Below, one piece after another: positions 51,341 through 61,200 of a stretch of DNA of 64,000 bases (position 1 is the first letter of the stretch; every line of letters starts with the position of its first letter). Where the stretch lies: positions 15,500,001 through 15,564,000 of the forward strand of contig CDPCPM010000007.1 of the NCBI GenBank assembly GCA_976551045.1, read 5' to 3'. This DNA is from Glaucostegus cemiculus. Its lineage: Eukaryota. The position numbers were made by a program, and so were the translations under genes. Under the pieces are notes generated by a model. That model saw only the letters and a program-made list of their open reading frames with translations, was not told the origin of the DNA and did no database searches.

Positions 51341-51598
51341 GGCACGATGGCGTAGCGGTTAGCGCGACGCTGTTACAGCGCCAGTGATCGGGGTTCGATT
51401 CCCGTCACTGACTGTAAGGAGTTTGTACGTTCTCCCGTGTCTGCGTGGGTTTCCTCCGGGTGCTCCGGTTTTCTCCCACATTGTAAGAAGACGTACAGGT
51501 AGGTTAATTTGGGGTGTTAAAATGAGCGGCGTGGACTCGCTGGGCTGAAAGGGCCTGTTACCACGCTGTAAATAAAATTTATAAAATTTAAATTTAAA
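51341..51598 (+). mobile_element. Young tRNA-derived V-SINE, CR1-type tail (type A)
   Basis: A-box TGGCGTAGCGG; B-box GGTTCGATTCC; V-domain; CpGs intact; AGAATG target-site duplication (51313-51318 and 51599-51604). Confidence 0.93.
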
Positions 51599-52134
51599 AG
51601 AATGCTTTACACTAAGTTAGATAATGGAGAGTATGCACTCGGACCAACTACAGAGTGCATTACATTGCTGGCAGATTTTAGAGAGAATTACCCTGAGTTC
51701 TATATTTAGGAAGCATTATATCGAAGGCAGGGAAAGAGCGTTGCACTAAAGGCAGGAGTCAGAACACATTACAGAGAAATCAGAGTATCAAGAATATTGC
51801 ACAGAGGGCAGACAACAGAGAGTGTTGACTGAGGTCAGAATAGGGAGAGCAGTAAACTGAATGTGGACTATGGTGAGCATAACAAAGTAGAGAACAGCAT
51901 TATCCTGAGAGCAGAGCAGAGTCAGCAATACACCGAGGGCAGAGTACAGACGATATTACAATAAGGTCAGAGTATGGAGGGCATTACACTGGGGGCATTC
52001 TGGGGGACCACTACATTTGAGGTCAGAGTATGAAGAGCCTAATAATGTGGAGAGAGGACAGGAAGCATTGCATTGACATAACAGTAGATGGAGACCATTA
52101 CATTATGGGCAGAGAACAGAGAGCAGTACATTGA

Positions 52135-52434
52135 GAGAGATGAGATAGGATATCTTTATTAGCCACATGTACATCAAAACACACAGTGAAATGCATCTTC
52201 TGCATAGAGGGTTCTGGGGGCATCCCGCAAGTGTTGCCATGCTTCCGACGCCAACATAGCATGCACACAACTTCCTAACCTGTATGTCTTTGGAATGTGG
52301 GGAGAAACTGGAGCACCTGGAGGAAACCCACACAGACATGGGGAGAATATACAAACTCCTTGCAGATGGTGGCCGGAATTGAACCCGGGTCGCTGGCACT
52401 GTAATAGCTTTATGCTAACCACTACACTACCGTG
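52135..52434 (-). mobile_element. tRNA-derived V-SINE, type B tail
   Basis: Reverse complement of the 42063 copy; inserted in the 28-bp minisatellite. Confidence 0.9.
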
Positions 52435-52999
52435 ACAGTGTCTGTTACACTGAGAGTGAAGTTTGGATAGCTGTACACAGAGTACATAGAGTTTGGAGAA
52501 CACCACACTGTTAGAGCCTGGTGAGCGTTATACCTGCAGCAGAGTATGAAGGGCATTCACCGAGATCAGGGTACTGACAGCATTATATTAAGGTCAAGGG
52601 ATGGAGAGCATTGCACTGAGTTCATTATGCTGTGGTCAAATAATGGAGAATATCACAGATAGGTCCGATTACGGAGTGTATAGACTTCTTTACACTTGGA
52701 GCAGTGTAAGCATTGCACAAAACTGAGCAAAATATTCAGAACATTATCCTGAGTTAGAGTTTGGATACTATAATGTTGAGGACAGAGTATAGACTGCATT
52801 CATATACAGGGGACATTACACTGAGGCAAATAATCAAGAGCATTATCCTTTGGAGATAGAATGGAAAGCATTACACTGAGGAAGTCAGATGGTATTACAC
52901 TAAGGGCAGATTTTGATGAGCATTACACTGAGGATAGAGCATACAGGGCATTGCATTTAGGGAGAGTAAGGACCGAGGGTAGTTAATAGGGAGCAGTAC

Positions 53000-53345
53000 A
53001 TACAAGATGCTGGAGGAACTCAGCAGGTCAGGCAGCAATTTATGGAGGGAAATAAACAGTCAATGTTTTAGGTCGAGACCCTTCACCAAGACTGAAGGGC
53101 AGCAGAGATCACAGAGGGGGAGCAGTGAGCGGGGGCCTCTCAGAACTCCCGTTGAAGAGAGTTGGAAAAGTTCAGGGTAGGCATATCTCAAAGAGCCTTT
53201 GCAGTGGAGCAGCAAAGTGGAGACACGAGATTCTGCAGATGCTGGAATCTGGAGCAACACACACACAATGCTGAAGGAAATCAGCAGCATCTGTGCAGGG
53301 AAATAAATAGTCGATATTTGTGGCCGAGACCCTTCATCAGGACTT
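53000..53345 (-). mobile_element. Two tandem Penelope-like terminal repeats with degenerate minimal hammerhead motifs
   Basis: Minus strand AGTC CTGATGA AGGGTCTCGGCCA CAAA TATC GACT (53309-53344) and AGTCTTGGTGAAGGGTCTCGACCTAAAACATTGAC. Further family members at about 8815-8985, 12130-12275, 16725-16855, 44980-45072, 45268-45345 and 54355-54460. Confidence 0.68.
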
Positions 53346-54772
53346 ATGGGGAGCAGTGTGTGCAGAGCATTACACTGAGTGCAGAATATAAGAGATAATT
53401 ACACTGAAGGCAGTATATTGTGTAGTAATGGGGACATTATAGAGAGCGTTCTGAATGTGTAACTCAGAGAGGACAAACTATGAAGGGCGTAACACTGACA
53501 ACAGACAGAATGGATGGCCAGCTTGCTAATGTATAAGGTTTGATATAAGGCACCTTGCAGAGTACACAGATGTGGTCTGTGACTGGACAGCCTAAGAATG
53601 GCAGCTCTTGGCATGCACAATGAGATGCCTGAGGCAATTTTCAGGCCTGCCTGAATGCCTGCGTGAAACATCAGAGGATTGAAGGGAATTCAGGTGCTAT
53701 TTCGCACACACCTTTGTGCAGAGTTCAGAACCCATCCTGTCTGGTGTGGAAGAGGTGACCAGGCCCAGTTCAAAACTAGGCAACACAGCAAGGTACATCG
53801 TCTAATGGTTGAGATCTCAGCTTCTTCATTGTGATGCTGGTGGGTGTTACCTGATGCCTGAGTTCAGCGATGGAAGTTCAGATATCTGCCAAGCAAGCTT
53901 GAGATTGCTTACTTAGACATTTACAATCTCCTTCATTGCAAGTAAGCAGATTGGCTGAAGCCACTGAAGGGGCATTGCCTCAACCCAGTAGGGCAGGTGA
54001 ATACAAGTGAATGACAGGCACTGTGGCATGCACCATGTCTTGATTGGTGTATAAATATAGTGTGGAATGATAAATTGGATTGTTCTGGTCTTCAAAAAAT
54101 ATGTTCACGTGGACACATAAAATGATCAATAATGAAGGCAGCACCCTCTTTGGAGTGTATTGGAGAGATTCCTCAGATCAGGGGTATGTGCAACGACTGG
54201 TCTGAGAGTAACCCATTGGTCTGACATGATAAGAGTCACCAGAGCTCCCTAAGTGTACACTTCTCACCATCGTAGTCATCTGCCTAAAGTCACAGAGTAA
54301 ATGAATGCCCAGGAAATGAAGGAGCGTGTGGTTCCTGGTAAACCTAAACGAAATCCTATGGATACTGTAAATCTGACATAAAACCAGGAAATGTTGGAAA
54401 TAATCAGCAGATCAGGCAGCATCAGTGGGGAGGGAAAGAGCATTAACCTTTCATCAGAAATGGGACACAGGAGGAACCAATCAGCCCAGTCCATCCATGC
54501 CATTTGGAAGGAGCTTCACTGGAAGACACGGAATAACGTCAACAACCTTAACTGGTCCTTTTGAACCTCACAAAGGCCTTTGACTATCAGCTGATAGGGA
54601 CTCTGGAACATCCTTCTCATTTCTGGCTGCCTACTAAAATCTGACTCCATCTCGTGTCTGCTACATCGCAGTTTGCATCTTAAACAATAGAACAATAGAA
54701 CAATAGAACAATACAGCACAGAACAGGCCCTTCGGCCCATCAAGCTGTGCCATCCTACAAACATCTCCCAAA

Positions 54773-57700
54773 CTAACTCTTTCCACCCTCATATCCTACT
54801 ATTCCACATTCTTCCATGTGCTTATCTAACAATCTCTTAAACCTGTCCAACGTATCTACCTCCACTACCACCCCAGGCAGTGCATTCCATGCACCAACCA
54901 CTCTCTGGGTGAAAAACTTCCCTCTGACATCTCCCCTATACTTTTCACCTATTATCTTAAAGGAATGCCCTCTCGTCTTGAGCATCTGCGCTCTGGGAAA
55001 GAGGCGCTGACTATTAACTCTATCTATTCCTCTCAATATCTTAAACACCTCTATCAAGTCCCCTCTCATCCTCCTCCTCTCTAATGAGTAGAGCCCTAAC
55101 ACCTTAAGCCTCTCTTTATATTCCATACCCTCCAATCCAGGCATCATCCTGGTAAAACGCCTCTGCACCCTCTCCAACGCCTCCACATCCTTCCTATAAT
55201 GCGGCGACCAAAACTGAACACAATATTCCAAGTGCGGCCTAACTAGAGTTTTGTAAAGCAGCATCATCACCTCTCTGCTCTTGAACTCAATCCCTTTATT
55301 TATAAAAGCCAACATCCCATAAGCCTTCTTAACAGCCCTATCCACCTGCGAGGCAACTTTGAGCGAACTGTGGATATGAACCCCCAGATCCCTCTGCTCC
55401 TCTACACTGCCAAGAACCTTACCATTTACCTTATACTCTGTCCTGGAGTTTGTCCTCCCAAAGTGCACCACCTCACACTTCTCCGGATTAAACTCCATCT
55501 GCCACCTATCAGCCCATTTCTGCATCCTATCAATATCCCCCTGTAAGCTCCTACAGTCCTCCACACTATCTACCACACCACCGATCTTGGTGTCATCTGC
55601 AAACTTACCAACCCATCCCTCCACTCCTTCATCCAAATCATCTATGAATATAACAAAGAGTAGAGGCCCCAGAACCGATCCCTGCGGGACTCCACTAGTC
55701 ACAGCCCTCCAATCCGAGGGCACTCCCTCCACCATAACCCTCTGCCTTCTACAGGAAAGCCAATTTCTTATCCACACAGCCAACCTCCCCTGGATACCTC
55801 GACCTCTGACCTTCTGAAGAAGCCTGCCATGAGGAACCTTATCGAACGCCTTACTAAAATCCATATACACTACATCCACCGCCCTGCCCTCATCGAGCTT
55901 CCTCGTCACCTCCTCAAAGAACTCTATCAGGCTAGTGAGGCAAGATCTTCCCTTCACAAAGCCATGCTGACTGTCCCTAATCAGTCCATGACTCTCCAAG
56001 TGCTCATAGATCCTGTCCCTCAAAATCCTTTCCAACAGCTTACCTACCACAGACGTGAGGCTCACCGGTCTGTAATTTCCCGGACTATCTCTACTGCCCT
56101 TCTTAAACAAGGGAACAATATCCGCTACCCGCCAATCCTCCGGCACCATCCCCGTGGACAACGAGGACTCAAAGATCCTCACCAGCGGATCAACAATCTC
56201 CTCCCTCGCCTCCCGAAGCAGCCTGGGGAATATTCCATCGGGCCCCGGAGACTTATCAGTCTTGATACTACTTAACAATTTCATCACCTCCTCCCTCTCT
56301 ATAGCTACATACTCAAGAATATTACCCTTGTCAGCACTCACCATCACATCATCAAGGCCCCTCTCCTTGGTGAATACAGAGGAGAAGTATTCATTAAGTA
56401 CCTCCCCTACCTCTGCCACCTCCAGGCACATCCTCCCACCTTTGTCCTTAATAGGCCCTACCTTTACCCTAGTCATCCTTCTGCCCTTCACATAAGAGAA
56501 AAAAGCCTTGGGATTTTCCTTAACCCTACGAGCCAACATCTTTTCATGTCCCCTTCTAGCTCTCCTCAGCTCTTTCTTAAGTTCCCTTCTCACTATACTA
56601 TACTCCTCACGGGCCACATCAGAGCCTTGCCGCTTACACCTTACGTAAGCCTCCTTCTTCCTCCTAACCAGTCTTTCTACCTCTCTTGTCACCCACGGTT
56701 CCTTCACTATTCCATTCTTCCTCCGTCTTGCCGGAACATATCTGTCCCCAACATCCTGTAAAACATCCCTGAACAACGTCCACATCTCTACAGTACACAT
56801 CCCCTCAAAAAGGACTTCCCAATTTACACTCCCAAGCTCTTTCCTTATAGCCTCATAGTCTGCCCTACCCCAATTGAATATCTTCCTACGCTCCCTGCAC
56901 TTATGCCTGTCCATGACAATTCTAAAGCTTATCGAGGAATGATCACTGTCTCCCAGAGGCTCACCCACTAGTAGATCTCTCACCTGTCCCGGTTCATTTC
57001 CTAAGACCAGATCCAACACAGCATTCCCTCTAGTCGGTTTGTCAACATACTGCTCCAGAAATCCATCCTGGACACACTTAACAAACTCATTCCCATCCAA
57101 ACCTCTGGCACTGAGCATGTCCCAGTCTATATTCGGGAAGTTGAAATCACCCATTATTACAACCCTATTATCTTTGCTTCTGTCCAAGCACTGCCTGCCA
57201 ATCTGCTCCTCTATATCCCTACTGCTACCTGGGGGCCTATAGTATACTCCCAGCAGCGTAACCACACTTTTCCTATTCCTCACTTCCACCCACACCGACT
57301 CGAAAGAGGATCCTTCCGCAAACTCAGCCCTTTCCGCAGCCGTAACATCATCTCTGACCAATATCGCCACCCCTCCTCCTCTTCTCCCCCCCTCCCTATC
57401 TTTTTTAAAACACTGAAAACCAGGAATGTTCAATACCCACTCCTGCCCTGACGACAGCCACGTCTCAGTTATGGCTACAATATCATAATCCCCCATACCT
57501 ATCCAAGCCCTCAATTCATCACCCTTATTCCTAACACTTCTCGCATTAAAGTAAACACACTTTAACCCATCCAATTTAACCCTTTTATAGCCCTCATCCT
57601 GCCTCTCTCTCCCCAAAGCCTCATCCCCTGCTCGATGCAACTCATCTCCATCTTCAGTACACGTCGACGTGATCCTGCATACCTCCTCCTTTAAGCCATG

Positions 57701-57874
57701 TTGGTTTCCCTTGCCTTGCCTGTTTAGTTTATCCACCTTTTTACTATTACTGCCTGTACACTGCTTCTCCTTCCTCAAAGCAACTCCATTTGTCAGATCT
57801 GCCTTTTCTGTAATCCCTACATCCTCTGACCAGCCCTCCTGGTTCCCAACCCCCATCTCAACTAGTTTAAACAC
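54773..57874 (-). CDS. CR1 ORF2: apurinic-like endonuclease plus reverse transcriptase, intact (1033 codons; first ATG at 57856)
   Basis: APE motifs FNARS, ITETW, GVYYRPP, MGDFN, LDLVL, SDH; RT motifs YRPVSLTS, DFSKAFD, GVPQGSVLGP, FADD; CR1-type C-terminus RPHLEYCVQFWSP...TRGH; no stops or frameshifts. Confidence 0.97.
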   Translation of the reverse strand: MFKLVEMGVGNQEGWSEDVGITEKADLTNGVALRKEKQCTGSNSKKVDKLNRQGKGNQHGLKEEVCRITSTCTEDGDELHRAGDEALGRERQDEGYKRVKLDGLKCVYFNARSVRNKGDELRAWIGMGDYDIVAITETWLSSGQEWVLNIPGFQCFKKDREGGRRGGGVAILVRDDVTAAERAEFAEGSSFESVWVEVRNRKSVVTLLGVYYRPPGSSRDIEEQIGRQCLDRSKDNRVVIMGDFNFPNIDWDMLSARGLDGNEFVKCVQDGFLEQYVDKPTRGNAVLDLVLGNEPGQVRDLLVGEPLGDSDHSSISFRIVMDRHKCRERRKIFNWGRADYEAIRKELGSVNWEVLFEGMCTVEMWTLFRDVLQDVGDRYVPARRRKNGIVKEPWVTREVERLVRRKKEAYVRCKRQGSDVAREEYSIVRRELKKELRRARRGHEKMLARRVKENPKAFFSYVKGRRMTRVKVGPIKDKGGRMCLEVAEVGEVLNEYFSSVFTKERGLDDVMVSADKGNILEYVAIEREEVMKLLSSIKTDKSPGPDGIFPRLLREAREEIVDPLVRIFESSLSTGMVPEDWRVADIVPLFKKGSRDSPGNYRPVSLTSVVGKLLERILRDRIYEHLESHGLIRDSQHGFVKGRSCLTSLIEFFEEVTRKLDEGRAVDVVYMDFSKAFDKVPHGRLLQKVRGRGIQGRLAVWIRNWLSCRRQRVMVEGVPSDWRAVTSGVPQGSVLGPLLFVIFIDDLDEGVEGWVGKFADDTKIGGVVDSVEDCRSLQGDIDRMQKWADRWQMEFNPEKCEVVHFGRTNSRTEYKVNGKVLGSVEEQRDLGVHIHSSLKVASQVDRAVKKAYGMLAFINKGIEFKSREVMMLLYKTLVRPHLEYCVQFWSPHYRKDVEALERVQRRFTRMMPGLEGMEYKERLKVLGLYSLERRRMRGDLIEVFKILRGIDRVNSQRLFPRAQMLKTRGHSFKIIGEKYRGDVRGKFFTQRVVGAWNALPGVVVEVDTLDRFKRLLDKHMEECGIVGYEGGKS

Positions 57875-58293
57875 TCATCAACCACCCAAGCATAACGTGT
57901 TGCCAGGATATTTGCCCCCCACCGGTTGGGGTGTAACCCGTCCTCTCTGTACAGGTTCCACCTTCCCCAGAATAGATCCCAATTATCCAAAAATCTAAAT
58001 CCCTCTGCCCTGCACCACTCTCTCAGCCACGTATTTAACTGCCTCCTCTCCCTGTTCCTAACTTCCCTATCACGTGGCACCGGGAGTAATCCAGAGATTA
58101 CTACCCTTGAGGTCCTGGTCTTCAGCTTTCTGCCTAGCTCCCTGAACTCCCCTTGCAGGACCTCATCCCTCTTTCTACCTATGTCGTTGGTACCAACATG
58201 AACCACGACTACTGGCTGCTCTCCCTCCCGATTGAGAATCCGGGGAACCCGATCAGTAATATCCTGGACCCTGGCACCAGGGAGGCAACATAC
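57862..58293 (-). CDS. CR1 ORF1 C-terminal part, SGNH/GDSL esterase domain (5'-truncated)
   Basis: CCLPGARV (block II), VHVGTND (block III), DGLHPN (block V). The block I GDS motif is lost by truncation. The ORF-track N-terminus beyond 58293 is read-through into flanking RTE DNA. Confidence 0.92.
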   Translation of the reverse strand, partial: VCCLPGARVQDITDRVPRILNREGEQPVVVVHVGTNDIGRKRDEVLQGEFRELGRKLKTRTSRVVISGLLPVPRDREVRNRERRQLNTWLREWCRAEGFRFLDNWDLFWGRWNLYREDGLHPNRWGANILATRYAWVVDECLN

Positions 58294-61200
58294 TGAAGGG
58301 TCCACCGTATATCCAATCTTAGTGCAGTGACTGTCATCTTCCCAGCTCTTTTTAAAACCTTCCTTGCTGCAATGCTGCACACACCTACATCAAGCTTCCC
58401 ACTGGAGTGGAGCTCATCTATGGGATACTTGGGAAGATGCATCTTCATTTGTTCTTCACTCCAGAACAAACATCACCCCAATTTCAGTCAATGAGCTGCG
58501 GTCACTTGCATAAGCACACATTCAGCATCGACTCACTCACTGAACTGTAGAGAAGGAACTGTCCACTAAACATCCACAAATCCAAGGTCCTCTACCAATA
58601 TGCCCCCACTGTACAACACCACCCTCAACAATAAAATCCATAAACATCATATAAAAGACTCCTTTCAACGAAGGCAGACATTGATGGTGATGAAATTCAC
58701 TATACTAGCACAAGCTATCTGAAGAGGAGTGTTTGAAGATTACGACCTCTAGCCAGGCACAAAGCTCATGATCTACTTGGCAGCAGTGACCACTGCCCTT
58801 CCGTGCATTCAGAAATATGGACCAACTACAGGAGGCAGCTCAAAGCACTGGAGAGGGCCATCAGTTCTGCCTCCACAAGCCTTGAACAATTCTTAACATA
58901 CAAGCCAGTATGTTAAGAATTGAGGCCCTAATTACATTCAGCTGGATCCAATGGGAAGTGACAATGCTTACACGCCTGACACAGATATTCTAGTCCTAAC
59001 AAGAGATTACCAGAAGGGCAGAGGACCAAACTAAAGGATGTCCTCAGTTCCACCATGAAGGACTGTAACATTCCTACTGACTTATGGGAATTCTTGACCC
59101 ATGACCCCTCAAAGTGGAGAAGGGCAACTTAGAATGGCATTAAGAGGTTGAGTCCATTTTTTTGGAGGTACATGGATGTATCCCATCTCCCTAATTACCC
59201 AGCTGCCTGCCTCACTGAGCACCTCCTGCTCCATGTGGCAGAGCCTACAGGATTCATATTGGTATCATCTGCCATCTCAGAATCCACAGATTGATCGGAC
59301 CTTGATCCCTGAGGGACTGCTTAAGGGGAAGAAATATAACTAGATTGTGATATAAAATACATAAATGTTTGTAGTGTTACACATTGATAAATAAATATGG
59401 CTTCATACAGCAGATTAAAATACAATCTCACATCAACATAACATATGGTATGTGGGTGAAATTGGTCTGTGCCAGCAATGTGAAAAGGCTCATAGCAAAC
59501 TGACAGCCCATTTAACTTGTGCCTGATCCCTTCTCTGCTGACTTCAATGAAACAGAAAATGGGAATGATGGGCTTCTGAGATTAATTATGAGCCCATTTA
59601 TTTCGATTGGCTAAAACCAGTTTCACCGTCCTGAGGTGAATAATGATGATGGACACTTTATACTTGTATTCAACACACAAAAGATGTTTCTTGGTTCTAC
59701 ATTGTCTACATGTGGGATAATAGGGAAATTCCACTGCCATCCTTATTGTGATTTTATTGGTTTCCTTGAGGGTTTAAACTACCCAGCTGCTAGTGAAGGC
59801 TAATTGTTGTGCTTGCACTTAATAGAGACAAGGTGAATTTTTCACAAAAATATAAAGATTGCATTCTCAAGTATTATGTTGCATTTTCCAACTAAATTTG
59901 TGTAATAAATAACAAGGTATTCAAATGCATTTCATTTGTTAACCAAGTAATGTGAGTGAACGAGGGTGTCACAGTGAGAGCAATCACAAAAAGAATGAGG
60001 TGGTTTGCTTATTGTAAGCTTTACTGCACTGCACCAACAAATTGGTGTAGAGATATTATTTATACAGACATGAAATACACATTCAAATGTATCATTCATA
60101 GCTTGTGCGATGTATGCAGCAAAATCCTGTTGCATTAGCATTAACATGGTTCACAATGAGAGTTGGACACATAAAAAGGCTATTCCCGTATTGCCTACAT
60201 GCCTACATTTCACAGATCTGAAAAATCATGGCATTTTGTAATGTTTTATTTCTGGATGAATTGCCAGCATTGAGTGTTGCTTCACCTCTTGTTTAATTTT
60301 CATGATGGATTTCATGCTTTAGCATGCCTGTAACATATTTTGTTGTTGTCTTCCTTTGGCAGCCCTAGGAAGTAATGTCCAAATAGCGTTTTAATGCTAG
60401 GATCTCAGAAATGAGGACACCAAACTACTAATTGGGAAAATAACTGCCTCTTTTTTTCTAATTTAATTCAATAACATGACAGGCAATTTATAAGCTGCAA
60501 CCAAAACAGTACGCATCAGATCTTAAAATTTTGAACTGTTATATAAAACGTTTGAATCGTTATATAAAGTTCTGTGGAAATTTAACTCGGGTGTGGATTT
60601 ATTTGTAGAATTTTCTGAGCTGGATAGAGCCATTACAATTAGTGTGATTGCTGGCCTGAGTTGAGTTAGCTGCTGTCATCCACCATGGCAGTAACACATA
60701 ATGGAGCAAAATACCTCATCCACAGTGACTCCTGAGAAGTTCCTGAATCAAGCCAATCAAGTCAAACCAGGTACTGCAAACTACCCTTGTGTTATATTGG
60801 ATCAAGCTATGGATCTACATTTGGCTTTGACCCACACATCCTTTGACAACTAACCAGTGAAACAAAAGTAAATTTCAGAGGCTGCCATGTGTGTTCTGGG
60901 AGAGGTCAGAAATTACATGGAAGGAATGAGCCAATCGGGAAGTTACTGGATCTCTAGATGCATAGGGGAGAGAGGAACATTCCTGCTTTGTCCAGCACCA
61001 TTTCGAGGCATTTTTTAAAATGCACCTCCGGCAATCATTTTATGATCTGTTGGTTAGGTTGCATGCAGATTTGATTATTGTAAACACGGCAAGCCCACTC
61101 ACAGCAGTCCATTTTCAACAATTAGCCCTGATAAAGATGTTAGGCAACCTATTTGCAATAGTAAGGGCTTGAAATTGCTTCTATATGTAGGGCCCTGGAT

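Larger units (their letters stand above)
50090..53480. repeat. Long degenerate minisatellite, 28-bp unit (CATTACACTGAGGGCAGATTATGGCAAA-like)
   Basis: Best-preserved units at 50210-50450 (period 28, e.g. 50241 to 50269); CATTACACTGA/GCAGAGTA variants recur to about 53480; interrupted by two SINEs, PLE repeats and a 152-bp duplicate. Confidence 0.88.
54684..58293 (-). mobile_element. Young CR1 LINE, 5'-truncated within ORF1, inserted into an old RTE LINE
   Basis: 3' tail (CTATTGTT)n seen as AACAATAG repeats at about 54684-54712; CR1 3' end motif (GGGCCGAAGGGCCTGTTCTGTGCTGTA on minus); uninterrupted ORF2; partial esterase ORF1; RTE sequence on both flanks. Confidence 0.97.
54480..59333 (+). mobile_element. 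Decayed RTE-clade LINE, interrupted by the young CR1
   Basis: Left part encodes a degenerate LTKAFD...GLWNILL...GC RT segment. Right part resumes at 58294 with LAAML...KLPTGVELIY. Ends with an RTE-like 3' end CTTGATCCCTGAGGGACTGCTTAAGGGGAAGAA. Confidence 0.8.

Noticed and set aside
51341-51410. tRNA gene (A and B boxes), also at the other SINE heads
   Set aside because: Continues directly into the V-domain and a LINE tail; these are SINE heads without a complete cloverleaf or terminator.
50090-53480. CRISPR-like array of about 28-bp repeats
   Set aside because: Units are directly tandem and degenerate with no unique spacers, there are no cas genes, and the context is vertebrate.
55587-58201. 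Plus-strand ORFs overlapping the CR1 copies (also 21681-23116)
   Set aside because: Antisense shadows of the CR1 reading frames, with no independent motifs.
58294-58469. N-terminal extension of ORF1 (ORF-track starts at 58380 and 58469)
   Set aside because: Lies beyond the CR1 truncation point, in antisense RTE sequence.
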